Shown in pieces: positions 42,401-55,718 of a stretch of DNA of 64,000 nt (position 1 is its first letter; every line of letters starts with the position of its first letter). The notes beneath the pieces are model-generated. The model worked only from the letters and a program-made list of their open reading frames with translations. It made no database searches and was not told where the DNA came from. Both the position numbers and the translations under genes were made by a program. The stretch spans positions 15,190,001 through 15,254,000 of the forward strand of contig OZ024752.1 of NCBI GenBank assembly GCA_964016885.1, given 5' to 3'. The DNA is from Eledone cirrhosa. Lineage: Eukaryota.

Positions 42401-42990
42401 ACGCGAGCAAACCCAAGGTGCGTTTTAAGGACTGCATCAAGGGGGTGCTCAAGAAAAGTAACATCCCTTGTGAGCCCTGGAAGCATGCGCTAGCGACCGA
42501 TCGCATTTGAGGAAAGCAGTGGCTAGTGGCAAGAGTCTATTTGAGGAAACAATAAGGCACGTGGCACTAAAAAGAGATGTCCGGAAAGGAATCCATGTTG
42601 GCCTTCCCGAAGGCACTGACAGACGGCCTGACCTGACATGTGAGACCTGTAATAGGGTTTGTCTGAGCATGGCAGGTCTAAAGAGTCACCTGACAGTGCA
42701 CAAGAACAGGGAAGCAGGCAGCTGTGGAGCTATGTGTTCATCAGACGACGACATGTATTGTCTGTGGAAAGGTATGCAGGTCGAGTAGTGATCTTACGCG
42801 ACACCTTGGGTCACATGGTACCATGGGCCCAGCAATAGGTGTCAATAATTGTCACAAGTGTCGTGTTTGTACCAGAGTTTTCAAGTCGCTGGCTGGACTA
42901 AAAAGTTACACTCGTTCAGGGCATCGGTAGGGGTTCTCCTGCATGGATATAAAGTAGTGGCCATACTCGAAAACGAGCTGTCAGCCACCA
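39441..42990 (+). mobile_element. Decayed RTE-clade LINE (APE-RT) with C-terminal C2H2 zinc fingers
   Basis: CLNVRTL, ALSET, AYAP, GDFNARVG, WMHPGSKQWHMIDY; GNYRGISLL, FVDLTKAFDTVNR, YADD. Fingers CETC..H..H, CIVC..H..H, CRVC. Embedded in a TA/TG tract. Confidence 0.92.
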
Positions 42991-43000
42991 TATATACATA

Positions 43001-43043
<43 letters not shown>

Positions 43044-43115
43044 GTATGTATACATATGTATACATATGTGTGCGTGTGTGTGTATATGTATGTATGTGTG
43101 TGTATATGTGTGTGT

Positions 43116-44625
43116 GAGTGGACTTGTGAAATACCCAACATGAACTGTGTTGGTGTCACCTTTACATTGTGGATGAGCACTTCGTTGTTTGTAAAACAGA
43201 TGTCCAGGACATTTTCGCCTCTTGTTGGGAGGAGTATAGCTTGCTCCATGAACAGCTTGTGTGTGAAGGCCAGCAGGAACTTCGTCTTTCTCTGTTCTAT
43301 TGACATCATTCCAGTCAGGAGGAGGCTCAAAGGCCATTTGACCTTTGGCAGGTTGAAGTCTCCCAGCTGTAGAATGTTGAGACACTCGTCCAGTTTGTCA
43401 AGGACCTCTTCTATTCTACTGAGGCTATCCTTAAATTTACCCTAATGACTGGGGGCTTCGGGCAGCCGATATGTGACACATATTACTGTCTTTAGTTGCT
43501 TGATATGTACTATCAGTGTGTCACAGACTGAGTTTCAATGTGTCAACAGTACAATTGGTGTGACATCTTCACGGATATACAGAGCAAGCCCACCATGAGT
43601 TCTCTCCTTCCTGTCCGAACGAAATACAGTATATTTCGGTATGTGTATATCTGCATCTGCTATACTGCTTGTCAGGTGCGGTTCGGTCAAGCCATGCATA
43701 ATGCTTGATTGTTTATGGCTAAGACCCCCAGGTAGGAAATTTTACTCATCTTAGTGAGTTTCACCAGGCCTCTGACATTCAGCAGCAGCACTGGTGTGAG
43801 TTTTGGGGTGCCAGCAATGGCTGGCGGTATGATACATGGTCTGGTGTCAGCGGCGGCCACTCTGTGTCCCTTGATTGTGGTGGTCTCGAGAGCTGGTGTG
43901 GGTGACCCTAGCTCTGAAAACGATGCAGCCAGGTTAGCTGTCCCACAATCTTCTCTGCCATTACTGAAAAATGTTTCTGTTCTGCTGCTGCCATCTGTAT
44001 CTCGTCGGCATGTGCGTGCCTTCTCCTTGTTGGAGCGGCACGCGCGACATCAACATACTTCTGGGGCAGCTTGTTTTAGCTTTGGCTGGGGCATGTTGCG
44101 CGAGTAGGATGGGCATAGTTCGCTGTGGTGAGCGAATCTGCAGCCCATCCCTGTCTCTCCATACCAGCAGGTCCCGTTCCTGAAGAACTTCCACATTACT
44201 TGGGTTTTCTTGCTCCCAGTGTCTCGGTGCTTTCTGTTTTTCCTTTGGACAGTTGTCCACTGGTCCCTCTCCGCCTGATTTTCTTTCGGAAGAGGATTTC
44301 GCTTCTCACCTTTACCGTTTGCTTGTTGGTTTCCCGGCCTGACCTCCCGCCTGCGGCGGTGGGTATCTCATTTTCTTTCAGGTCCCTGCTGGTGCTTTAT
44401 TCCTTTTCTTATTCATTTCTTCTCTCTTTCTCCTGGTTTTTCTCCTCCTCGAGGACACGGTTTAGCATCGCCATATGTGGCGTTATAAGGGCATAGGCCT
44501 TCTCGATTTCTTTTCTTTCTATCTGCGCCAGAGTCCTCAGGAAGCCATGGTTCCTCAGGGTCTCCTCAATCCTTTAGCTTGGTGTTGGCCCATCAGCCTG
44601 GCGCCACCCTTTGATCAAGACCGCT
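43116..44625 (-). mobile_element. CR1/L2-type LINE fragment (ORF1 remnant plus APE domain)
   Basis: Minus strand: LLLNVRGL, IHIPKYTVFRSDRKERTHGGLALYI, GDFNLP, PTRGENVLDICFTN. Confidence 0.8.
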
Positions 44626-45226
44626 AGTTCCATCTTTGACAAATTTCGCTGGCTTTTAATTTCACCTTTTCCCTGCATGCAGTCCATTTTGCTGTAGAGT
44701 GGAGAGAGAGAGATAGCGGAAAGGGTAGGGAAAATGTTAGAAATGGAGAGAGGGAGAGAGAGATAAGTCCCGTGAGATATTGAAGGTGCGATTTAGAGGG
44801 GAAGAAAGAGTGAGAGGGGGGGGAGGGGCTTGTGCGATCTAAAGAGAGAGATAGAGAGAAAGAGAGACAGCGTAAAAGATAGCAGCGTATACTTAAAACG
44901 GTCAAAGACAGCCTTAACGTTTGAGAAACAATATTTCGAAGTTAAAACAACAAAACAGACTGAAAACAAATGATATCAACATGAAATATAAAAGGAGGGG
45001 AGAGAAGACAAAATAAATAAATTAAAATAAGATATAGGATTACGAAGGATTTATATAAGTTGATTTTAACTGCAGGTATCGGATTCTTTACAAATATAAA
45101 CAACAGATACCGTATATATATATCACAATATATATATCACAATATCAGTATATCAAAAACAATAACAAACATATATGTTCACTGAGTTAAAATAAAATTA
45201 TATATGTATATATATATATATATATA

Positions 45227-45490
45227 TGTAGGAGGTGAGTTTTATTGTAGTACAATAAAGCAATGCAGATATCGGATAAGAAGCACTCTACAGTTTGTAG
45301 GACTGGAGTATACATAATATATAAGATCAAAAGATGGTTAAAAGAGTTCCATGTATTTTATTATGCGCATTTCAAAAACAAATATCATCATGCAATAATA
45401 TTTGTGTTTTCATCAGATAAAATAGGAAGACATGATATGAAGGTTAAAAAACACTTGTGAATAGTGCAGTTTTAAATCAACATATGAAAA
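45227..45490 (-). mobile_element. HHR-bearing non-coding element (same family as 61109-61522)
   Basis: Highly similar to the reverse complement of 61279-61522. Both end at ..CTCACCTCCTACA followed by a (TA)n tract. Confidence 0.85.
45354..45424 (-). ncRNA. Type I hammerhead ribozyme
   Basis: Minus strand: tattttat CTGATGA aaacacaaatattattgcatgatgatatttgttttt GAAA TGCGCA TA ataaaata. Confidence 0.8.
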
Positions 45491-45947
45491 GTAGTTTTAG
45501 ATTGATGTGTGATATTGGGAAAAAAATGTTTTGAGGGGGGGGGGATGAAAAAGAGGAAGAGATGAGAGTAAAAAGTGGAGGGGGAGGAGTATAATGAGGA
45601 AGGATGAGATAGGAGGAGAGATGGGTGATAGAGAGAGAGATATAGCTTTTATAACTAAGAAAAATATATTGTTTTACATAGAGAGGTTGAAAAACCGTTG
45701 AAAGATAATATATAAATTAAAAGAATTTGAAAATTAACGAAGAGAAAAAAATAATGTAAAGTTAAGGGTTTAATAATATGTGCGATGAAAAAGAAAATGT
45801 TAAGATTGCGAAAGCATGAAAGTACTTCTTCATTTAACACTTAACATTTAATATTCTACCAATCTATTTCATTCTAATACCATTATAAATTTTAAAGGAA
45901 TGTAAATAAAACGAGTAAATCAGACAAGGTTGGAATTCCTTTTATTA

Positions 45948-46198
45948 ATATATGTATATGTATATATATATATGTATATGTATATATATATATGTATATG
46001 TATATGTATATATATATGTATATGTATATATATATGTATATGTATATATATATATGTATATATATATGTATATATGTATATATATATGTATATGTATATG
46101 TATATATATATGTATATATATATATGTATATACATATGTATATATATATGTATATATATATGTATATACATATGTATATATATATGTATATATATATG

Positions 46199-46233
<35 letters not shown>

Positions 46234-46646
46234 GTATATGTATATATATATGTATATATATATGTATATATATATGTATATATATATGTATATGGATATA
46301 TATGTATATATATATGTATATGGATATATACGTATATATATATGTATATGTATATATATATGTATATATATATGTATATGTATATATATATGTATATATA
46401 TATGTATATGTACATATATATGTATATATATGTATATGTATATGGATATATATGTATATATATATGTATATGGATATATATGTATATATATATGTATATG
46501 GATATATATGAATATATATGTATATGTATATGTATATGTATATGGATATATATGTATATATGGATATATATATGTATATGGATATATATGTATATATATG
46601 TATATGTATATATATGTATATATATATGTATATGTATATATATGTG

Positions 46647-46677
<31 letters not shown>

Positions 46678-47276
46678 CTATATGTATATATATGTACATA
46701 TGTATATATATGTACATATGTATATATATGTACATATGTATATATGTATATGTATGTATATGTACATATGTATATATATGTACATATGTATATATGTATA
46801 TGTATGTATATGTATATATATGTATATGTACATATGTATATATATGTACATATGTATATATGTATATGTATGTATATGTATATATATGTATATGTATATA
46901 TATGTACATATGTATATATATGTATATATATGTACATATGTATATATGTATATATATGTACATATGTATATATCTATATATATGTATATATATGTACATA
47001 TGTATATATGTATATGTATGTATATGTATATGTATATATATGTATATGTATGTATATGTATATGTATATATATGTATATGTATATATATGTATATGTATA
47101 TATATGTATATGTATATATATGTATATGTATATATAAATATATATATATATAAATATATGTATATATATGCACATATGTATATGTATATATATGTGTATA
47201 TGTATGTATATATATGTATATATATGTATATGTATGATATGTATATATAAATATATGTATATATATGTATACGTAT

Positions 47277-47337
<61 letters not shown>

Positions 47338-48416
47338 TATATAAATGTGTGTATTTATGTATATGTATATATAAATGTGTGTATGTGTGTATATGTATAT
47401 ATAAATGTGTGTATATGTGTATATGTATATATAAATGTGTGTATAGATGTACATGTATATATAAATGTGTGTATAGATGTATATGTATATATAAATGTAT
47501 GTATAGGCATATATATATGCATAGGCATGTATATATGTATATGTACGTTTATAACTATTTATATGTATACATGTATAGGCATGTATATATGTAGGTGCAT
47601 ATGTATATATATGTATACATGTATAGGCATGTATATATGTACGTGTATATGTATATATATGTATACAGGTATAGGCATGTATATATGTAGGTGTATATGT
47701 ATATATATGTATCTGTATATATATATGTATATATGTATCTGTATATATATATATTTATATGTATATATGTTTATATATGTTTATATGTATATATGGATTT
47801 ATATATATATAAATATATGTGTATATGTGTATATATATATATATGTATAGGCATGTATATATGTATATATGATTATATATATATATGATTATGTATATAT
47901 ATGTATATGTATATATATGAATATGTATATATATGAATATGTATATATATGAATATGTATATATATGAATATGTATATATATGAATATGTATATATATAT
48001 GAATATGTATATATATGAATATGTATATATATGTGTATATGTATATATATGTGTATATGTATATATATGTGTATATGTATATATGTATATATATGTGTAT
48101 ATGTATATATATGTGTATATGTATATATAAGTGTATATGTATATATATGCGTATATGTATATATATGCGTATATGTATATATATGTATATATATATATGT
48201 ATATATATGTATGTATATATATGTATATATATATATGTATATATATGTATATATATATATGTATATATATGTATATATATATGTATATGTATGTATATAT
48301 ATATATGTATATATATGTATATATATATGTATATATATGTATATATACATATATATATACATATATATATGTATATATATATGTATATATATATATATAT
48401 ATACATATATATATAC

Positions 48417-48499
<83 letters not shown>

Positions 48500-48510
48500 T
48501 ATGTATATAA
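45948..48510. repeat. (TA)n/(TATG)n microsatellite, ~2.5 kb
   Basis: Seen directly. Confidence 0.97.
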
Positions 48511-48842
48511 TATAAAACGAAAATTCACTGAAGCATCTGAACTCAATTTATTTTGTGTTACAATTGTTTCACCAGCGTACATATCGAGACGCGTTCATTG
48601 TGTGGTTCTCTCTGATCTTGGACCCGCAGGTTCGACGGACACGTCTATTGCATATTCACTCACTCGAGTATCTGACCCTATGGGCCAGTACTGTCAAAAA
48701 CCTCATCCTCTTCGCACATCCAGTGATTTTGCCTCTGGTTGTGAACGTCATCATAAATTCTGACTACAGGTATTAGGTTGTGCCATGTCTGCTACACTTC
48801 AATGAATTACTGCTGTGTTTGGTGGTCCACACAGCCACGCGA

Positions 48843-48881
<39 letters not shown>

Positions 48882-49021
48882 CACTAACACACACACTAAC
48901 ACTAACACACACATACAGACATACATACACACATACATACATACATACACATACATACATACATACACACACATACAATACACATACACACACACACACA
49001 CACACATACACACACGCACAC

Positions 49022-49450
49022 ATAGATCCGATATAATACCATTTCTGGTCGTTCGATTGGTAAACAATGTTGGACTTTAGGCATTCATTCTGCAATGGAC
49101 ATCTTTCAGGTAGATGGCAGTTACATTCTTTGTTGTGGGTAGCGGGTATACCATGGATAGGTTGTGATAGCGGTACAGGTGGGTCGTGCAATACCCGTCT
49201 CCCATTTAGTGGTTGGGAGGCAGATATTGCGTTCTGCCCATCTGTTACTAAAATGTTTTGTTTTGTAGAGTTGTTTAATTGCCTTAAGTTAAGTTTTTTA
49301 TGTATGCTTCAAGGTTTGGTGCCGTGGAGTATGATAGTCTAATAGTTTCAGAGTTCAGAATTTTGCTGTACTTATGGGAACTAGGGAAGTGTTTATTGAT
49401 TAATTTAAAGAATGAAAGAGATAGTTTTGTACTAATCGAGGCATTAAAAC
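49022..49450 (-). pseudogene. Penelope-like element C-terminal fragment (linker plus start of GIY-YIG)
   Basis: Minus strand: FLKLINKHFP..IRLSYSTAPNL..ECNCHLPERCPLQNECLKSNIVYQ..WYYIGS. Confidence 0.75.
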
Positions 49451-49694
49451 ATATATATATAAATACATATATGATGTCTACCTGTTATTATTCATTCTTT
49501 ATATACACTCCGGAATACTGAAGGATCAGGAACTAAGTTTCTTGAACAATTCTTCCATAACTCGTAGAGTAACCTCTTACCGTACGTCAACCATATCCAG
49601 TGTAGTAATTAACCATTACTACATCTTGGATAATCCTATACCTAATAATCGCCTCCTACACAGTTGAGCAACCACACCGACACACGGCATTAAT

Positions 49695-50603
49695 ATGGAA
49701 AGGCATCATATAGGTATGTCACTTAAAAACATACCTATACCTAACAAAAGGGAATATATTCTCAGTATGATTCAACGCAGTAACGACTTCATTCGGCGTG
49801 TACGATGGAAAGCTTTCCATTTCGATAAAGGACGCGCCAGTCACTCGTCTGAATCATATGGTTTTAAATCATGTAAAAACCCACCTACAAACCCTCACCT
49901 CGAAGCTTTCGAACAGGATTTATTGAAAACTACCATGAACATTAATTTCAACAAACATAGAAATAATGAGCTGCAGAACAACATGAAAGCACTACTCCGA
50001 AGATTGCAAAATACCAATGGAATTGTTGTGAAAGCTGACAAGACTTCTAACGTGTATACCATGGATATCGATACGTACAATAACTGTTTCTACTTTAGGC
50101 ACAAGGCCAGCAATTACCCAGTGCATTACTGGTACTTTATTTTATCGACCCCGTAAGGATGAAAGGCAAAGTCAACCTCGGCAGGATTTGAACTCAGATC
50201 GTAAAGGGACGTAACTATGCTGGAAAGCATGGCGTCCGACCCTCTACCGATACTGCCAATTCACCGCGCAAAGAACTACACAAAAAATATAGAAAAACAA
50301 ATGAAACTACGCTAGCAAATATTAACAACGAGGCATATAAAGTGGTAAAGAATCTCAAGATAGACGATAGAACCGAGCCGATTATACCCGCTACCCCCAC
50401 CTTCAACCTGAAGGACCATAAGGTAAATTTTGACTCTAACCCTAAGATTAGACTTATATGCTCTTCTAAATCAGACATAGGGAAAATTAGTAAACATATA
50501 CTTGACAGAGTAATTACTCAAGTGAAATAGAAAATTGAAATTAAATTATGGGGCAACACTAGCGAAGCAATTCGCTGGTTTAATAATGTTAAGAATAAGA
50601 ATA
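49695..50603 (+). pseudogene. Penelope-like element ORF N-terminus and RT start, interrupted by a SINE (50080-50262)
   Basis: SLKNIPIP, RVRWKAF, YGFKS, VKADKTSNVY; after the SINE, NLKDHKVNF..PKIRLI..SKSDIGKISKHILD. Confidence 0.78.
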
Positions 50604-50644
50604 AATATATATATGTATATAAATATATGTATACATGTATATAA

Positions 50645-50680
<36 letters not shown>

Positions 50681-50865
50681 GTATTTATATATATATGTAT
50701 ATATGTATATGTGTATATATTTATGTATATATGTATTTATATATATATGTATATATGTATATGTGTATATATTTATGTATATATGTATTTATATATATAT
50801 GTATATATATATATGTGTGTATATATTTATGTATATATGTATTTATGTATATATGTATTTATATA

Positions 50866-52554
50866 TTGTTATACTTTGGGAGGGTCATGTTGCCAATAAG
50901 AAACACACGCACCAGGTGCTTTCACTTCAATTTATTATATATTTATAAATTTATAAATTTATAAATTTCTGGTTGGTTGGTTGGTTCCACAACCAGATAG
51001 TTGTTTATATATAGTCATAGTTATTTCGTCACACACTCTGTGACCTCTTCAGTGACTGGGGATTCCTTTCTTTGTTTCTGTGCCTCTCCTTTGTTCTGTC
51101 CTACGTCATTTTGTTTCTCTGTGTGTGTTGTGTGCTCAGTCTGCGCATGCGCCACATCCGGGTGTCTGTGTGTGTTTATGTTTATTTATTTATTTGTTTA
51201 TTTACATGTTACTGGTTGGATGTTTGTTCTATGTGTGTGTGTGTTTTCATTTTGTCCTTAATTGTAAGTTGTGATGTTGCTGTTCCACTCATATTTTCTA
51301 TTTAATTTTGGTTGTAATTCTTTTATGTTTATTGCCTCTGTAATTTGTCTAAACATTGCGTCTTTTCTGTGTGTAGATTCTATTTTTATTTCTATGTTCT
51401 CTAATTTACCCTCGTGTTCTATCTTAGCATGTTGGTAGAGTACAGATGATCCTTCATAATCTTGAAGGTCACGCCAGTGTTCATTTATCCGTTCCCCTAC
51501 ACTACGAGCTGTCTCACCTATGTACACTATATTTTTGTCTCTACATTGTCCTTCAGTACATCTTATGCTATACACTACATTTCTAGTTTTACAGTTAATA
51601 TGGGGGCTTATTTTACAGGTTATACATTTCTTATCTATACATGAGGGTCTTTGAAAAGGGTATGTCTTGCTAATAAGTGTTGTTACGGAGGTACCTGGTC
51701 TTTCTACTATCTTAATATTGAGTTTGTTTATTTAGGCCCCTTCTAAAGTTGTAAGCTAATTCACCTCTAGGGGTTGTATTGATGAACATTACACTCTGGT
51801 ATTTATTGCTATCATACCATGAGTTTATTCTATTAGCCTTGTTCCTAGTTCTTTCTATTCTATTCCAAAATTTGCTCCTATACAAGGGGCAGGTCCCATT
51901 TATGTCATTATTTACCATTTTTTCCCATTTGGTTCTGGCTCCTCTATACACTCTGATTTTATCTCTCTGATTGTAGCCAGAGAACTGTATACGGTGGATG
52001 AAGTGTTGTATGTGTCTCTCTAGTTCTTCGGGGTTGCACATGCGGGACACATTTCTCATCACCCGTACCAAATCCGCAATCAGTATGTTGATTTTGGTAT
52101 GGTCCGAAATGGCCGAGTTTCGGTGGATCAGATGTTTAGAAGTCATGGGTTTGGCATAATGGGAATGGAGGATTTGTTTTTTGTTGTTAATGGTATCTAA
52201 CCAGAGCTCTGTGTCTAGTACAGGTAATCGATGGTTGGGGTGTTTACTTGGGTAGTCTATAGTAACTCTAATGCTCTGGTGGATGGAGTTTGCTATTTGC
52301 TGGATGCTTTCCATTGTGTTTTTCTCTAGTTCCTGACTGTTCTCTAGTGGGGGTGTCTTAACTACGATGTTTATATCATCTACGTAGCGGGAGTACATTA
52401 TCAGGCTTAAGGGGTCTTCTAATTGTTCTTTAAGTTTAAGTTTAAATCTACTGTCCCACCATACCATGAATAAGTTAGCTATGTCGCCTGCAATGCTAAC
52501 ACCAATGGCTGCTCCTTCCTCTTGGGCATATGTTTTTCCATTAAATTTGAACAT
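50866..52554 (-). mobile_element. 5'-truncated Penelope-like element (RT, Cys-rich linker, GIY-YIG, HHR-bearing 3' pLTR)
   Basis: RT QEEGAAIG, YSRYVDD, LPVLD. One frameshift near 51725. Linker KIVERPG..CIDKKCITC..NCKTRNVVYSIRC. Endonuclease VYIGETARSVGERINEH..RQITEAINI..LN. TA tracts on both sides. Confidence 0.92.
51013..51057 (-). ncRNA. Minimal type I hammerhead in the PLE 3' pLTR
   Basis: Minus strand: agtca CTGAAGA g gtcaca-gagtg-tgtgac GAAA TAAC TA tgact, about 200 nt downstream of the GIY-YIG stop. Confidence 0.78.
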
Positions 52555-52756
52555 GTATTTATATATATATGTATATATATATATATATATGTGTGTGTGT
52601 ATATATTTATGTGTATATATATATGTAGTTAGAGAAGCAAAAAATTGCTTATTGTGATCCAGTTTTTGGTTAAGAAAGCCAGTTTCATGGATGGTTTCAA
52701 CGTTCGGTTAGGGGTAACTCCACAAGTTTGTAAGAATTCCGTTCAATCTTGGAGTA

Positions 52757-54596
52757 TCTATATATATAAAACAGAGGATGTGTGTTTGTTTGTGTGTGGA
52801 TGCTACATTATTCGAGGTTGGCGTCTACACCGCTCGCCCGATCTCGCTCAAATTTGCATACATCACTCCTCATGACGCTTTACATTGCACAGGCTACTTT
52901 GTTTTTTGATAGGTCCCCCTAGGGGCCTGCAATCTACCTTTGTGTCTATTTTGGGTGAAATCGGGAGATGAGGTTGCATTTTATGCACGCGTGAAATATT
53001 TTTCCTTTTGAGTTTTTTCACCTGCTTTTTTGCTAATATGGGTAGAAAAGAGTCTAAATTTTGTTGATGTGCTCGAATGATTTCGAAATTCGGTCGAGAG
53101 TGAAGCTCGAGGTCGAATCTCCACTTCGTATATAGAGAGACAGGAATAACAGGTCTTATAGTAACATTACCTTCCCCTTCCTCCTTCTTTAGAGAGAGAG
53201 AGAGGAAGATAGAGAGAGAAGTTTTGGGTGTCACAGAAATATTACATTCCCCTCTCCACTTTGGTCAGTGAGCGAACCACTCTTGCTATAGTAACATTAC
53301 CCTCCCTCTCCCCTTCTTTATTGACCGAGGAATATAGTGAGAAACGTTGTTGGTGTTACAGTAACATTACCTTCCCCTCTCCACTTACTTTGGTATTTGT
53401 GACCGAGGGAACCACTGTTGCTATAGTTACAGCTTCACGTGACACAAACCAGTTCCTGCCAGTTCTGACCACCTGGCACCAGTTGAGTCAGTTTTTGCTT
53501 TCTTTCGGTCGAGAAGTGGACAAATTTTCTCCTTGAATCAAAAAAAGAATTTCCTGGAGGCTTTGCAAAGCTTTGGTTTTCAAACGCTACACTTGCTACT
53601 TGGTTAGGCTACTGTGTAGACGTGTGCTTCACCCTCACTGCATTATATTTTGTGACCTCGCTTTCGGACTTTGCCATTCCCAGTACGTTTTTTGTTTACT
53701 TTTTTCTTGCTTAAAATTGTAACAATTTGTCGCTTTTTTTTACCTTCCCCAAAATACTGCTTATGACCTTCGCTTTTTTGCCTTTGCTCTAAACCTGCTT
53801 CCCCTTTACTGTTTACCGTACTATTGCAACCATGCCACTGAAAAGAAAGAGTACCCTTAGCCGTAGGAAAACATCGTCTGTTGTTTCAAAAAAGAGGCGA
53901 TTGAATGAACAGTCTACGGATGCCGGAAAGCATTTTGGCCACAAACCCCTGTTACTTCGCTTTCAAACTTAAGTACCCATAGCACAGCCCAACCCAGCGC
54001 CTCTCTATCTACGGTTACCGCTTCGAATCGTGCCATTCGTAATTGTCGGAATGCAGTTGCAACAACCGCCTCTAGGGCAGCAGAGAGTGACAGCCAAAGA
54101 GCTCTTCGTAGGGCTAGGAATGCTGCAACTACTGCTGCTGCAAGGGCCTCCGAAACGAAACAGCAAACAGCCACCAGACGGTCAAAGAACGCTGCTTCAA
54201 CCGCCGCCTCCCGTGCCGCAGAAACCAACCAGGAGACAGCCATCCGAAGGTCCAAGGACTCCGCCTTCAAGGCAGCTGCCAGATCATCCCACACCGAGAC
54301 ACAGACAACCATCCGAAGGTCCAAGGACTCCGCCTCCACCGCAGCTGCCAGATCATCCCAGACCGAGATACAGACAGCCATTCGAAGGTCCCAGAACGCT
54401 GTATCCACCGCCGCCTCCCGTGCCGCAGAACATCAAAACAGCCCGCCGTGCTCGGTTGGTCACAATTCTATTATCATTACAACTTTGACATATTTAATGT
54501 AAAATGAATATGAGAAAACAAAATTCTTCATATTTATTGTTTCCTAATCTGAATAAAAACAGCAGCAACCCGGGCAACGCCGGGTCATTCAGCTAG
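52757..54596 (+). mobile_element. Internally deleted Helitron
   Basis: A|TCTATATATATAAAACAGAGGATGT start; CCCGGGCAACGCCGGG hairpin then CTAG|T end; inserted at an AT dinucleotide with no TSD. Confidence 0.88.
53832..54502 (+). pseudogene. Frameshifted ORF with ~21-aa Arg/Ala/Ser/Thr repeats, resembling Helitron RepHel N-terminal repeats
   Basis: MPLKRKSTLSRRK..KKRRLNE, then (frameshifted) ASRAAESDSQRALRRARNA / AARASETKQQTATRRSKNA / ASRAAETNQETAIRRSKDS. Confidence 0.6.
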
Positions 54597-55099
54597 TAAA
54601 GTATAAAAGAGAAAACACAGGTAAGCATTAAGAGAAGGATTTTATCCAGGTATTTACGACCGTTTCATTGGTAAGTGCAACCTTATAATGCTATACTGCA
54701 AATAGCAGCCACTCAATTATAATTGTTGTTCACAGTCCAAATTTTCAAAATAGTAAGTTACTCTTGAAATAATTCTTAATATATAGAGAAAAACATTTAT
54801 TTGGAATTGTATTTAGTAGTATAGAGAGAGGAATCAGGACGTGAGGGGACAGACGGCATAGTATAGAGAGAGAGGAAGGGGAAGAGGTAGGAAGTAGAGT
54901 GACAAACTGAGATGGAGGAAGGAGTAGAGGTGGAAGGATTCTTTGGTCAGTTTTGATAGCAGAGATCATGTCGTGGAGTGTAGTGAGTTAAAGAGAATTA
55001 AATAGATAATAGTGGGAGGGATGGATAGAGAGGCAGAGAGAGAGAGAGAGGGGGGGGGGGGAGATATACAGATATAAATATATATATATATATACATAC

Positions 55100-55136
<37 letters not shown>

Positions 55137-55221
55137 AAAGTTTTATTTAAAATTGTTGTGTTACAACAAGTAAATATTTTATAACTGATATAAAGCACTC
55201 GACAAGTTTTGGAGTAGATTT

Positions 55222-55593
55222 ACGATATTAAACAAATGGAAACTATATTTATAAAACCATATTTATTTCATTATACATATTTCGGGGATACCATATTAAA
55301 AATATGGCATGCCTTCTTCAGATAAAATACAATATATAAACAGTTTTATAAATAATTTTGACGTACCATAAATATTGACCAACCTTTATGTAAGAAGCTG
55401 GTTTGGTAGTCCAAACCAGCTTCTTACATAAAGGTTGGTCAATATTTATGGTACGTCAAAATTATTTATAAAACTGTTTATATATTGTATTTTATCTGAA
55501 GAAGGCATGCCATATTTTTAATATGGTATCCCCGAAATATGTATAATGAAATAAATATGGTTTTATAAATATAGTTTCCATTTGTTTAATATC

Positions 55594-55595
<2 letters not shown>
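55222..55595. repeat. Apparently perfect palindrome, 185-bp arms, 4-nt loop
   Basis: 55222-55406 pairs with 55411-55595; loop TAGT. Confidence 0.92.
55488..55553 (+). ncRNA. Type I hammerhead ribozyme (mirror copy at 55264-55329, minus strand)
   Basis: tattttat CTGAAGA aggcatgccatatt-ttt-aatatggtatcccc GAAA TATGTA TA atgaaata. Confidence 0.75.
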
Positions 55596-55638
<43 letters not shown>

Positions 55639-55645
55639 TACACAC

Positions 55646-55718
<73 letters not shown>

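Noticed and set aside
48545-48600. GAAACAATTGTA on the minus strand
   Set aside because: No upstream CUGANGA or stem I partner found.
51258-52554. Selenocysteine (in-frame UGA) recoding in the PLE ORF
   Set aside because: The break between RT and GIY-YIG is a frameshift; no in-frame UGA was seen at Cys positions.
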